64,000 bases of DNA from Salinispira sp. (GCA_965602015.1 OZ271918.1:3648001-3712000), one strand, 5' to 3'; positions 26,805 to 37,065 are shown, counted from the first letter of the stretch. Program-made: numbers and translations. The notes: generated by a model from the letters alone, not told the origin.

Positions 26805-29800
26805 AACGTAGCGCACTCGAAGAAATGATCGGTCGGGCGAGACACGCCTATACCCTTCATGATTATGAAACTGCTGAAAATCTCGCCCTGGAAGTGGTAA
26901 AGGCCGCGCCGAAATCCGCCGCCCCGCGAATATTGCTCGGCACGATTTATGGAAGCCAAAAAAGATACGACGAAGCCGAACGGTTTTTCCTGGAAGCCCT
27001 GGATATCCGGGGGGACATCCCCGAAGGCTACAATAACCTGGGGGTTATTTACCGGATACAGGGTCGGTACGAGGAAGCTGAGTTTGCCCTGAAAAAAGCC
27101 CTGGAACTCAGTCCCGATAGGGGCGATATCTTCTACAACCTGGGAAATATCTATAAGGAACAGCAGCGGAGCATCGACGCCGTCGATGCGTATGAGAACA
27201 GCATACGTATTAATCCAGATTTTATTTTAGCGTACAATAATCTGGGAACCCTGTACGAGAAGTCCGGTGATTATGAGAAGGCTCTGGAAGTCTACGGCAG
27301 GGCTCTGGAACGGGATTCAAATCACCCGACCATACTCTATAACCGGGGCATAAGCCTTCAGGCTCTCGAACGCCTGGAAGACGCTGAGAAGAGCTTTCGC
27401 TCAGCGCTCAACAGCCGCCCCGGCTGGACCGATGCCCTCAACAATCTGGGTATCTCCCTCCAAAAACAGAACCGCCTCGATGAATCCGGTGAAGCGTTCA
27501 AGGAAATACTCAGGCTCGACCCGAATAATTTTACCGCGCAGAACAATCTCGCCACGACCTATCTTCATCAAGGCTGGACGGAAGACGCCCAACAGCTCTA
27601 CCGAAAGGCTCTCAAAAAGAATCCCCAGTATTCGAAGGCAGCGGTCAATCTCAGCCATATGATCAGTAGGCGGGAAAGTGATGAGTCCGGTCTGGATGAA
27701 CTCGCCGGGCTGCTGGAAGCTAATCCTGATAACAGCGAACTGAAATTCCGTTACGCTCAAAGCCTGTACAAGGCAAAGAAGTACCGGGAATCCGAAGGCC
27801 TCATTTTGGAACTTATCGGGGAATCACCTGACAATCCGGATTACCTGCGCCATGCCGGGCTTCTGTACTCGGCGATGGGCCAGCCGGATCAAAGCAGCAA
27901 ATACTTCGATAAGCTGCTTGCGGTCAAGCCCGATGCCCAGGACTATCTGATAGAGCTGGCTGAACAGCAGTTTGCAAGCGGAAAGCACAGCGAAGCGATG
28001 GGTCTGCTGAGGGACTACATCCAGATCTACCCCCGGGATTACCGATCGCGTAAAACCTTGGCGGAATATGCCATGAGGCGAGGAGATTATAACACCGCGC
28101 TCCAGGTTTTACAGGAAATCAAAACCGACTATCCGGAAGACGGGGCAGTGCTTGCCCTCCTGGCCCAGGTATATCAGCACCTGAACCAAAAAAATGAGGC
28201 GATTGAAACGGCGGTCGAGCTTATTAATTTGCAGGGCAGCCGGGCGAACTCCGATGACCTGAGTGCCTTGAACGAAAGTCTTGCGCTGTACGAGCAGGCT
28301 GCGGGGGCATTCGACGAGGATTTTGGCGACGCCTGGGCTGAGAATCTCGAGCGTCTGGGCGCCATAGGCAGCGATGCCGATGTGGAAGACGACGGCGAAG
28401 CCTATGACATGGAGGTAACCGACGGCTACGAGGAAGATCTGGTTCCGATTCTCGATTTCGGCGGTGATAATTTCTTTCTTGAAGAGATGGACTTCGAGGA
28501 TGACGATGACATGCTCGAGGAAGAGGTCGAGGAAGTTGAGGAAGAGCTCGATGAACTCGCGCCGAATCTCATGAGTCTGGTTGACGGCGGTTCGGGAAAC
28601 GAAAGCGCTTTTGCACCGTACGATACCCCGGCGTCGCCGCCGGCCGCGCCCAGCCTCCAGCCCCAACAGCCCCAACAGTCGCCGCCGGCCGCGCCCAGCC
28701 TCCAGCCCCAACAGCCCCAACAGCCGCCGCCGGCCGCGCCGAGCCCCCAGCCCCAACAGCCGCCGCCGGCCGCGCCGAGCCCCCAACCCCAACAGCCGCC
28801 GCCGGCCGCGCCGAGCCCCCAGCCCCAACAGCCGCCGCCGGCCGCGCCGAGCCCCCAGCCCCAACAGCCGCCGCCGGCCGCGCCGAGCCCCCAGCCCCAA
28901 CAGCCGCCGCCGGCCGCGCCGAGCCCCCAGCCCCAACAGCCGCCGCAAGCCGCACCGAGCCCCCAACCCCAACAGCCGCCGCCGGCCGCCCCAAGCCCCC
29001 AACCCCAACAGCCGCCGCCGGCCGCCCCAAGCCCCCAACCCCCGGCATCACCGGAGCCCAGGGCGCGTGACGGACATCCCCCGGAATCTGCAGCCGAGGA
29101 AGAGTTTGCCGAACCCTCTGTCGACCTGCTACCCGATGAAAACGAGGCTTCTGAAGATATTCCGCAGAGTGGTAATGCTGACGACCCTTCCTCCGAAGAT
29201 GAGACATCCCAAGAGGATGAAGAGACCGCCGACTTTGACGGGTATTTTGATGAGCCCGGCGATGAAGGTCCTCACATCCCCGACGATCAGATTCTCCCCG
29301 AGGATGAACCTGTCGAGCTGGCGGATGACATGTTCGACCATGACGTGTTTTCCGACGATGATGATCCGGATGATATGGTCGATGAACTCGACCCGGATCC
29401 GGAGCAGCCGATTGCTGATTCCTTGGAGGATTCCGATAATGAGCTGCCGGTTTTCGAGGATGAGGCTGTTGAGGATGAGGGTATTGAAGATGGAGAGGCC
29501 GAAGAGCCCGAGTCTGATTATCTTCCCGAGGCGGGGTCGCATTCGGATTTTGATGATGACATAGACGAGTCCCGGGACGAGGTCCCCGAAGAGGACACGG
29601 TTATCGATTACGGTCTTGGTGAAGAAGATGCTCCGGATGATGAACTTGGCGAACTTGAGGAGCTGGAGGAACTCGATGAGCTTGACGAGCCCCTTCCCGA
29701 GGAAGATAACGCGCCCGAATCGGCGGAGCAGGAACCTAAAGGGCCTCCCCTCGGTTCCTCGGTTTCTTCTGAACCGGAACCCCGGGCTGTTGCCGGCGTC

Positions 29801-30268
29801 AGCAATGAGGCCTCGGCGAAAATGTTCGATTACCTGTTGAGTCTCGCTGGCAATCTTCCGGAGGGCAAGCAAAAGGCCATGGAGCTTCAGGAGTTGGGTG
29901 ACCGGGTGACCCGATTGAAGGAAAAACTGATGGCAGGGGGTGTTCCGACGGTGAGGGATATTCCTGATGATCAGCCTCCGGTCAGCGCCACATCGACGGC
30001 ACATGCCGGCGAAGGGCCTTCACCCGAATCCTCGGCCCCGGGGAAAACCCTGACAAATGAATCGGCCCCCCGGCGTTCAGCGGCCCCCGCGGATTCCGGT
30101 AAATCCGAGGAAGTCTCGAAGGGTAACCCCCTTGCAAGCCTGTTCGAAACTCTTCGCTTCGCCAAAGACCTCTCGGAGGCGGTGCCCGACGCGGATGCTG
30201 AACGGCTCAGGGGTAAGATGCGGAATATCCGGGATAAGCTGCGTAAGATCAATGAACGGCTGAATTAG
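26801..30268 (+). CDS. Large TPR protein with Pro/Gln repeat and acidic disordered region
   Basis: Many YNNLG/YNLG TPR units in the N-terminal half, low-complexity C-terminal half, 4-bp overlap with the upstream gene. Confidence 0.85.
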   Translation: MKRSALEEMIGRARHAYTLHDYETAENLALEVVKAAPKSAAPRILLGTIYGSQKRYDEAERFFLEALDIRGDIPEGYNNLGVIYRIQGRYEEAEFALKKALELSPDRGDIFYNLGNIYKEQQRSIDAVDAYENSIRINPDFILAYNNLGTLYEKSGDYEKALEVYGRALERDSNHPTILYNRGISLQALERLEDAEKSFRSALNSRPGWTDALNNLGISLQKQNRLDESGEAFKEILRLDPNNFTAQNNLATTYLHQGWTEDAQQLYRKALKKNPQYSKAAVNLSHMISRRESDESGLDELAGLLEANPDNSELKFRYAQSLYKAKKYRESEGLILELIGESPDNPDYLRHAGLLYSAMGQPDQSSKYFDKLLAVKPDAQDYLIELAEQQFASGKHSEAMGLLRDYIQIYPRDYRSRKTLAEYAMRRGDYNTALQVLQEIKTDYPEDGAVLALLAQVYQHLNQKNEAIETAVELINLQGSRANSDDLSALNESLALYEQAAGAFDEDFGDAWAENLERLGAIGSDADVEDDGEAYDMEVTDGYEEDLVPILDFGGDNFFLEEMDFEDDDDMLEEEVEEVEEELDELAPNLMSLVDGGSGNESAFAPYDTPASPPAAPSLQPQQPQQSPPAAPSLQPQQPQQPPPAAPSPQPQQPPPAAPSPQPQQPPPAAPSPQPQQPPPAAPSPQPQQPPPAAPSPQPQQPPPAAPSPQPQQPPQAAPSPQPQQPPPAAPSPQPQQPPPAAPSPQPPASPEPRARDGHPPESAAEEEFAEPSVDLLPDENEASEDIPQSGNADDPSSEDETSQEDEETADFDGYFDEPGDEGPHIPDDQILPEDEPVELADDMFDHDVFSDDDDPDDMVDELDPDPEQPIADSLEDSDNELPVFEDEAVEDEGIEDGEAEEPESDYLPEAGSHSDFDDDIDESRDEVPEEDTVIDYGLGEEDAPDDELGELEELEELDELDEPLPEEDNAPESAEQEPKGPPLGSSVSSEPEPRAVAGVSNEASAKMFDYLLSLAGNLPEGKQKAMELQELGDRVTRLKEKLMAGGVPTVRDIPDDQPPVSATSTAHAGEGPSPESSAPGKTLTNESAPRRSAAPADSGKSEEVSKGNPLASLFETLRFAKDLSEAVPDADAERLRGKMRNIRDKLRKINERLN
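28634..29041. repeat. Coding tandem repeat: two 45-bp units plus about nine 36-bp units
   Basis: Encodes (SPPAAPSLQPQQPQQ)x2 then (PPPAAPSPQPQQ)x~9. Contiguous, no spacers. Confidence 0.95.
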
Positions 30269-30275
30269 CGGAATA

Positions 30276-30303
30276 TTGACAGCCCGGCGGGAAACGCTAT
30301 AAT
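30276..30303 (+). promoter_or_regulatory. Sigma70 promoter of the phe leader/pheST
   Basis: TTGACA-N16-TATAAT with both hexamers perfect. Confidence 0.85.
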
Positions 30304-30315
30304 ACTGATACGATA

Positions 30316-30399
30316 ATGAAAACCCGAATACCTCGAGACAGTTTTTTCTTCTTTTTTAGCGTTAGCGGATGCGAGGAATCCGGGATTCTCCATAGATAA
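30316..30399 (+). CDS. Phe-rich attenuator leader peptide (pheM-like)
   Basis: MKTRIPRDSFFFFFSVSGCEESGILHR with five consecutive Phe codons at 30343-30357, between the promoter and a terminator upstream of pheS. Confidence 0.85.
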   Translation: MKTRIPRDSFFFFFSVSGCEESGILHR

Positions 30400-30419
30400 T
30401 AAATCTACGGGAGCAAAAC

Positions 30420-30452
30420 GGATTCCTCTGGAAAGGGGAATCCTTTTTTTTT
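30420..30452 (+). terminator. Attenuator terminator hairpin upstream of pheS
   Basis: ggattcctct-ggaa-aggggaatcc then T9. The left arm is also complementary to gaggaatccg (30373-30382). Confidence 0.9.
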
Positions 30453-30523
30453 AGTCGCTGCTTCCGGTCTTATCCCGGGGGGCCGGATGCCGGCGCTTAC
30501 AGCGATATAAATAGGAGCGATGT

Positions 30524-31567
30524 ATGGATCAGAAGCTTCAACAGATGATGGCGGATTTCCACAAGGGGATTCCATCGGTCTCTTCACTTCCCGAGATGGC
30601 TCAGTTCAAAGCCGAGTATCTCGGAAAAAAGGGCCGACTCAAGGCACTCATGTCCGGCATGAGGGATATGTCCCCCGAAGAGCGGAGCAGTTTCGGCGCT
30701 ATGGCAAACCGGTCAAAGGAAGAGATGGAGACTGCCATCGCCGAGGCCGGCACCCGCATTGAAATGGAAGAAATTAATAAAAAACTCGAGGCTGACTGGC
30801 AGGATATCAGCTTGACTGACCGAATCAAGGATCTCGGTCAGCAGGCCGCGGGCTTTCATCCTGTCAGCGGCGTCATGCGGGAGCTTGAAGACATCTTTCT
30901 TTCCATGGGCTTTGATATCCTTGACGGTCCCCACATTGAAGATGAGTATCATAATTTCACCGCGCTTAATATTCCGGCCAATCATCCCGCCAGGGACATG
31001 CAGGATACGTTTTGGTTTACCGATAAAAAGCATCTGCTCCGAACTCACACCTCACCCATACAGATTCGGGGTATGGAACAGCACAAACCTCCTTTCAAAT
31101 TCGTCGGTCCCGGCAAGGTCTTCCGCTGCGAAGCCCTGGATGCCAGCCATGAGGCCGCTTTTCATCAGCTTGAAGGCATGATGGTCGGAAAAGATATTTC
31201 CGTATCGCATATGATCCACTTCCTGCGCACCCTGCTTGCGGAAATATTCCGTAGGGAGATAAAGGTCAGGCTCCGTCCGGGGTTTTTCCCCTTTGTTGAG
31301 CCGGGCTTCGAACTGGATTACGAATGCATGATCTGCAAGGGCAAGGGCTGTTCGGTCTGCAAACAGGTCGGCTGGGTCGAGGCCCTGGGCTGCGGAATGG
31401 TTCACCCCAACGTCCTGAAGGCCGGGGGTATAAATCCCGAAGAATGGAACGGTTTTGCATTCGGTCTGGGGGTCGACCGTCTCACCATGATGCGCTACCA
31501 GATAGACGACATCCGCCACCTTCACGGCGGAAACCTGCTCTTTTCCGAGCAGTTCAAGGCGTACTAA
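30524..31567 (+). CDS. pheS: Phenylalanine--tRNA ligase alpha subunit
   Basis: HPARDMQDTF, LRTHTSP, FHQLEG, FPFVEP, GCGMVHP and GFAFGLGVDR motifs. Confidence 0.98.
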   Translation: MDQKLQQMMADFHKGIPSVSSLPEMAQFKAEYLGKKGRLKALMSGMRDMSPEERSSFGAMANRSKEEMETAIAEAGTRIEMEEINKKLEADWQDISLTDRIKDLGQQAAGFHPVSGVMRELEDIFLSMGFDILDGPHIEDEYHNFTALNIPANHPARDMQDTFWFTDKKHLLRTHTSPIQIRGMEQHKPPFKFVGPGKVFRCEALDASHEAAFHQLEGMMVGKDISVSHMIHFLRTLLAEIFRREIKVRLRPGFFPFVEPGFELDYECMICKGKGCSVCKQVGWVEALGCGMVHPNVLKAGGINPEEWNGFAFGLGVDRLTMMRYQIDDIRHLHGGNLLFSEQFKAY

Positions 31568-31586
31568 GGAAACGGGGGAAGACGAT

Positions 31587-34010
31587 ATGAAAATTAGTCT
31601 GGATTGGATACAGGACTTCACTGAGCTTCCGTCGGATCTCAGTCCGCAGGAAATCGGCGCCCGGTTTACCCTGTCGACCTGCGAGGTCGAGGGAGTGGAG
31701 GTGAGCAATGCACATCTGGAGGAGGTTACGGTAGCCGAAGTGACTGCCGTCGAGCCCCATCCCGAGGCCGATAAGCTTCAGTTGGTGAGATTCTCCACCG
31801 GCGACGGCGAGCGACAGGTGGTCTGCGGCGCGCCGAATGTGGCGGTAGGCCAGAAAGTCCCCTTCGCCCCGGTTGGAACAACCCTTCCCATAGGCTTCAC
31901 CCTGGAGCCGAAAAAAATCCGCGGCGTTCTAAGCGAGGGCATGCTCTGCGCCGAGGATGAGCTCGGTCTTGGAGAGGGCCATGAAGGGCTGCTGATTCTC
32001 GATCCCGGAGCCCCTGTCGGACAGACCCTTGGAGAATACCTGGGGATCAAGCGCGACGTTCTCCTGGATATTGATAACAAATCGATTACCCACCGTCCGG
32101 ATCTCTGGGGCCACTACGGCATGGCCAGGGAATTTGCCGCGGCATTTGGAAAGACCCTTGCCAGGCCTTTTGACCAGGCATGGGAGAAGTCCCTCAAGGA
32201 GCGCTTCGACGGCGGTGAATCACCGGTCAGCGTCGAAGTGCAGGAGGGAAGCGCCTGCCTGGGATACCTGGGGCTCAGCGTTGACGGCATAACTGTCCAG
32301 CCAAGTCCCCAATGGATGCAGCAACGGCTTATTTCATGCGGGCTTCGTCCTATTAATAACATCGTCGATATATCCAACTACGTGATGCTTGAGCTCGGTC
32401 ATCCGAACCACATTTTTGACCGGGACACCATCCACGGGGGCAGGATTATCGTGAAGGATATGGACGGGGAGATCACCTTCGTGACCCTCGACGAGATGGA
32501 GCGGACCATCGTTCCCGGCGACACCATGGTCTGCGATGCCGAAGGTCCCTCGGTAATCGGCGGCATCATGGGGGGGCTGGACAGCTCGGTCAAGGACGGC
32601 ACCAGCCGGGTGTTTATTGAAGTTGCCAATTGGGTCGATGCCCGGATTCGTCACACATCCACCCGTCTCGGTCTCCGCACTGATTCGAGCCAACGATATG
32701 AAAAATCCCTCGATTCGAACGGCATGGAGCGGGTGGTGCTGCGCATTCTCGAACTTATCGTGGAAAGCTGCCCCAAGGCAAAGGTCCGGGGAAAGATCGA
32801 AGCCGATGGAGTAAAGTACACCCCCGAGTTGAACATCGAGCTGACTCCCCGACGGGTCAACTCGATTTTGGGAACCACCCTGGATGCCGAACAGATCAGT
32901 TCCTACCTTCGGGCCCTGGACTTTTCCGTACAGAGCGGCGAGGGCGACGCCCTCACAGTGGGCGTCCCCAGTTTCCGGGCGACCAAGGACGTTGAAGTTG
33001 ATGCGGACCTGATCGAAGAGGTCGGGCGGATCCACGGCTATGACAAGCTGGAACCACTGGCGCCGCACAATGAAATTACCGCCGTGAGACTCTCTCCAGG
33101 AAAACGCCTGGAGCGAAAAATCGCAGATTTTCTGGTGTACCGGGGTCGGGCCCTGGAAGTGTACAGTTACCCGATGGTCGGCGAGAAGCTCCTCGATCAG
33201 GCTGCATGGCATGTGAAAAACCCCACATTAGTTCTGGCAAACGCAATCAGTCCGGAGACCGACAGGATGCGCCCGTCGCTGGTTCCCTCTCTTCTGGAAA
33301 AAACCGCGCTGAACCAGAAAAACTATACCCGCAGCCGGTTCTTTGAGATGGGGCGAAGCTATGTGGAAGACGATAAAAACTTCAGCGAGGACCGTCATCA
33401 GCTGGGAATCGTGTATTACGATAGAAGTTCTTCTCCATTCGTGGAGCTGCTCAATCTGCTGCAGGACTTGTTTGCCAATGTGAGCATCAACGCCCGATTC
33501 ACCGAGCCCTCGGAAAAACACCCAAATCCCTTTCATCCCCAAAACTGGCTAGGATGTCATCCCCGGGAAATGCTCGAGGTCCGGGTGATGGGAAAGACCG
33601 CGGGATTTGTCACCAGCATTCACCCCCTCATGAACCGAAATTTCAAGATTAAGGGCAATGTGGCAATGGCCCTCATCGACATGACCGATTTCATGGAACG
33701 GGAGATTCCCGATAAAACTACATACCTCCCGCTGCCCAAATACCCGGGTTCCACCTTCGATTGCACTGTGACAACAGATCACCGAACTCCGGTAGCGGAA
33801 ATCGTCGCTGCGGCTTCCAAGGCGGGCATTAATGAAATGGTGGATCTCCGCATTGTAGACGTCTATGCTCCGTCGGGTCAGCCCAAAGCCGTAACCCTCA
33901 GGGTGTGGTTTCTGGACAGGAAGAAAACCCTGAGCCCTGAGTTTATTGCTTCGGCGGAGCAGAAGCTTATCGAAACCCTGGAGAGCCGCGGTTTTCCGTT
34001 GAAGCAGTGA
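31587..34010 (+). CDS. pheT: Phenylalanine--tRNA ligase beta subunit
   Basis: HPEADKL, VCGAPNV, SEGMLC, INNIVDISNYV and DLIEEVGRIHGY motifs, C-terminal FDX-ACB domain. Confidence 0.98.
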   Translation: MKISLDWIQDFTELPSDLSPQEIGARFTLSTCEVEGVEVSNAHLEEVTVAEVTAVEPHPEADKLQLVRFSTGDGERQVVCGAPNVAVGQKVPFAPVGTTLPIGFTLEPKKIRGVLSEGMLCAEDELGLGEGHEGLLILDPGAPVGQTLGEYLGIKRDVLLDIDNKSITHRPDLWGHYGMAREFAAAFGKTLARPFDQAWEKSLKERFDGGESPVSVEVQEGSACLGYLGLSVDGITVQPSPQWMQQRLISCGLRPINNIVDISNYVMLELGHPNHIFDRDTIHGGRIIVKDMDGEITFVTLDEMERTIVPGDTMVCDAEGPSVIGGIMGGLDSSVKDGTSRVFIEVANWVDARIRHTSTRLGLRTDSSQRYEKSLDSNGMERVVLRILELIVESCPKAKVRGKIEADGVKYTPELNIELTPRRVNSILGTTLDAEQISSYLRALDFSVQSGEGDALTVGVPSFRATKDVEVDADLIEEVGRIHGYDKLEPLAPHNEITAVRLSPGKRLERKIADFLVYRGRALEVYSYPMVGEKLLDQAAWHVKNPTLVLANAISPETDRMRPSLVPSLLEKTALNQKNYTRSRFFEMGRSYVEDDKNFSEDRHQLGIVYYDRSSSPFVELLNLLQDLFANVSINARFTEPSEKHPNPFHPQNWLGCHPREMLEVRVMGKTAGFVTSIHPLMNRNFKIKGNVAMALIDMTDFMEREIPDKTTYLPLPKYPGSTFDCTVTTDHRTPVAEIVAAASKAGINEMVDLRIVDVYAPSGQPKAVTLRVWFLDRKKTLSPEFIASAEQKLIETLESRGFPLKQ

Positions 34011-34011
34011 G

Positions 34012-35271
34012 ATGGCAGTGGTGAAAAACCGCTTTACTCCCTTCTCCATATATCGCCAGCTCGGCCGCCCGGTGTACGTCATCGTGGCGGCCACCATTAT
34101 CAATCGCTTCGGCGATTTCGTCTTTCCCTTCCTGGCTCTCTATCTTACAACCCGCCTGGGTTACCAGGAATCCGCGGCGGGATTCACCGTCATGCTGGTG
34201 GGAAGCGGCAGTTTCATCGGAGCCCTGGCCGGCGGAAGGATTGCCGACAAATACGGGCGCCGGCGGCTTTTGACCGGTGCATACGCATTGTCGGGGCTTG
34301 TTATTTTCATGGCGGGTTTTCTCGTCGAGGACCCGTCCATGCAGGCGGTTCTGTTGCCCATACTGGTGGTTAACGGGATGACAAAAGGCGCGGTGCGGCC
34401 TGCGCTCCGGTCAATCCTTACTGACCTTAGCCGTCCCGAGCGGCGAAAGGACGCGTTTTCACTTAACTATCTGGGAATTAATATCGGCGTTGCCCTCGGG
34501 CCTCTTGTAGCGGGCTTCCTGTTTGAGAATTTTCTTTCCTGGCTGTTTTGGGGCGATGCATTGACCTCGACTGTTGCAGCTATTCTCATCCTGAGCTTTG
34601 TCCCGGAATCCAGACCGGAAAATGATCATGAACTGACGGGTGACGAAGCGTTCGAGAACGATCCACCTATCCGGGCGTTTTTGCGCCGCCCCCTCGTCCT
34701 GCTCTTCACCATCGCCATGGCTTTTCAGGGACTGGTTTATGCCCAGTTCGGATTCTCCCTGCCGCTGCACATCAACACCCTGTTTGAAAACGGTCCCCGG
34801 CGATTCGCCCAGGTCATCAGCTTTAATGCGGTTTTGGTCCTGGCTTTGACGCCCCTGTTTACCCGCCTGACGGCAAAGTACCACGCGCTGGTCATGAGTG
34901 CCGTGGCGTCGGCCCTTTATGTCGTGGGATTCGGCGTCCTTGCCTTCGAACCTGTGTGGGGGATTTTCTTCGGGGTGACGGCGGTGTGGACTTCCGGGGA
35001 AATTATTGCAGTGATACACCAAATGGGGTATTTCTCGCGGCTGATCCCCGGCAATTACCGGGGTCAGTTTAACTCTTATTCTTCAATCATGATGCAGGCC
35101 GCCCATGTGGGATCTCCCGCCATCGGCGGCCTGGTCATCGCCGCGGCGGGCATTTCCGGGTTGTGGGCGGCAGTTTCATCCCTCGCGGCGCTTTCCATTG
35201 CGGGCTTCCTGCTGATGTGGCGCTATGAGGAGCGCTTGCGCTACAAACCGCCGGTGAGCAGCGCTCGGTAA
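34012..35271 (+). CDS. MFS transporter
   Basis: About 12 TM helices, motif A GRIADKYGRR. Confidence 0.9.
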   Translation: MAVVKNRFTPFSIYRQLGRPVYVIVAATIINRFGDFVFPFLALYLTTRLGYQESAAGFTVMLVGSGSFIGALAGGRIADKYGRRRLLTGAYALSGLVIFMAGFLVEDPSMQAVLLPILVVNGMTKGAVRPALRSILTDLSRPERRKDAFSLNYLGINIGVALGPLVAGFLFENFLSWLFWGDALTSTVAAILILSFVPESRPENDHELTGDEAFENDPPIRAFLRRPLVLLFTIAMAFQGLVYAQFGFSLPLHINTLFENGPRRFAQVISFNAVLVLALTPLFTRLTAKYHALVMSAVASALYVVGFGVLAFEPVWGIFFGVTAVWTSGEIIAVIHQMGYFSRLIPGNYRGQFNSYSSIMMQAAHVGSPAIGGLVIAAAGISGLWAAVSSLAALSIAGFLLMWRYEERLRYKPPVSSAR

Positions 35272-37065
35272 TCAGCGCCCGGTGATCACGGCGATATCGA
35301 AGGCTCCCGGGCCGCCATGGGCTCCCAGCACCGGGGTTATTTCGTCGATGTAATCCGGGGTCACGCCGATTTCGGCGGTGATCCTCTCCGCAATTGCCTC
35401 GGCGCGCTCCGGATCGTGGCCGTGAACGATTGCCAGATTTGTTATGGTTTTCTCCCTGTGAAGATCGGTCAGCATAGTGAGAATTTTGTCTTCGCACTGC
35501 TGCTGGCTGAATGCCTTGTCGCGGAAAAAGGCCTTGCCGTCGTCGGTGACGCCGATGATGGGTTTGATGTTTAATATGCGCCCGATGAGTCCCTTGAGAG
35601 GACTGACCCGTCCGCCCCTGACAAAATTCTTCAGGTTCCGGGCGAATACAAAGCTGTGGGTGCGCTTCCGGTTTTTATGAATGTTCTCCACCACCTCGTC
35701 ATGGCTGAGCCCGGCTTCGATATCCAGGGCGGCCCGTCGAACCAGAAGGCCCATGCCCGCCGCGGTTTCAAGGGTGTCGACGGTGGAAATCTTCGCCCCT
35801 TCGAAGGTATCCGCCGCCTGGCGGGAACTGTTGTAGGTTCCCGACAGCGCCGATGAAAGACTGACGGAAATAACCGAGGTGTAGTGGCTCGTCAAATGAT
35901 CGTACAGCTTGCTGTAGGTTTTCACATTCGGTTGACTGGTGCGGGGGAAGTCCTTCTCGCTTTCCATCATCGAATAAAACTTTTCCGGCTTGATGGTCAG
36001 CCCGTCGAGGTACTGAACATCGCCGAAGTTCAGCATTAGGGGCACCTCGTATATCTGATGTTCATCGAGGAACTCCTCGGGAAGGTCGCATGTCGAATCG
36101 ACCACCAATGCGATTTCGGATTTTCTCGCGTGTACCATCTGGTACTGGCGATGCATGTCATCGGCCTTCTGTTCCTTTATCTCCCCGAAATTTCTGAGAG
36201 TGTGGAAAACTTTATCGGGACGGTCGCTGTGAATGTGAACTCTCGCAAGTTTAGAGCTGCCGGCTACAATAAGACTGTCTCCGAACTGCTCCATGGCGCT
36301 TCGAACCGATTCGAGATCGATTTGTTCTCCGGTAATGTATCCCTCGGTGCAGTAGCGGTACGTAAGATCTTCGTCGGCCTCAATCTCTTCGTGATGCTCT
36401 GCGCTGGCGGTGAAATGAATCTCAGGTCTGACATTGTCCTGGAGATGGTCAACCTTGGCCCCCTGCTCGAGGAAATCCTGAAAACCCTCGAGGAAGGCAA
36501 CAAAACCTTTGGCGCCCGCGTCGATTACGTTGGCTTTTCTCAGGGCTTCGAGCTTGTCCTTGGTGGTGCTCAGACTGGCTCGGGCGCTTTTCATGGCCTG
36601 GCGCATCAGGGCTTTGAAATCCTCTGCGCTAATATGCTTTTCCCGGATGGTTTCGGCGAAATCCCGCATAACCGTGAGCATTGTGCCTTCCACGGGATTG
36701 CTGATTGCGCTGTATGCCGACCGGGCGGCGTGGTGGACCGCATTGGAAAACCGTTCAATGGTGATGCTCGACGCATCGCCGATTTTTTCCGCCATACCGT
36801 TCACGAATTGGGCGAACAGTATGCCCGAGTTGCCCCGGGCTCCGCTGAGCGCCGATTCCGCCAGGCTCTGCATGGTCTGGCCGGCATGGGGGAATACCGA
36901 ACTCTGTTCGATAATGCTCTTCACGGTGAACGACAGGTTTGACCCCGTATCGCCGTCCGGCACGGGGAACACGTTCATCTTATTCAGATCTTCCCGCTGG
37001 GAGATGACCGCCTGTCCCCCGGCAGCGAATGCGTAATACAGTTGTTTTCCGGAAATTTCTGTCAT
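35272..37065 (-). CDS. DAK2 (FakA-like) - DegV (FakB-like) fusion, putative fatty acid kinase
   Basis: NVFPVPDGDTGSN, GARGNSG, EGTMLTV, DAGAKG, YCTE, then DegV motifs DSTCDLP, TSQP, LSSALSGTY, GGRV, HGGPG. GGAGGG RBS before ATG 37065. Confidence 0.92.
   Translation of the reverse strand: MTEISGKQLYYAFAAGGQAVISQREDLNKMNVFPVPDGDTGSNLSFTVKSIIEQSSVFPHAGQTMQSLAESALSGARGNSGILFAQFVNGMAEKIGDASSITIERFSNAVHHAARSAYSAISNPVEGTMLTVMRDFAETIREKHISAEDFKALMRQAMKSARASLSTTKDKLEALRKANVIDAGAKGFVAFLEGFQDFLEQGAKVDHLQDNVRPEIHFTASAEHHEEIEADEDLTYRYCTEGYITGEQIDLESVRSAMEQFGDSLIVAGSSKLARVHIHSDRPDKVFHTLRNFGEIKEQKADDMHRQYQMVHARKSEIALVVDSTCDLPEEFLDEHQIYEVPLMLNFGDVQYLDGLTIKPEKFYSMMESEKDFPRTSQPNVKTYSKLYDHLTSHYTSVISVSLSSALSGTYNSSRQAADTFEGAKISTVDTLETAAGMGLLVRRAALDIEAGLSHDEVVENIHKNRKRTHSFVFARNLKNFVRGGRVSPLKGLIGRILNIKPIIGVTDDGKAFFRDKAFSQQQCEDKILTMLTDLHREKTITNLAIVHGHDPERAEAIAERITAEIGVTPDYIDEITPVLGAHGGPGAFDIAVITGR

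Noticed and set aside
28634..29041. 36-bp repeats as a CRISPR array
   Set aside because: Units are contiguous with no unique spacers and encode an in-frame Pro/Gln linker.
28109..30004. Long alternative-frame and antisense ORFs over the TPR gene
   Set aside because: By-products of GC-rich repeats and codon bias. The same applies to most other shadow ORFs in the track.
30304..30523. T-box riboswitch upstream of pheS
   Set aside because: No GGTGGNACC T-box motif. The leader peptide model explains the structure.
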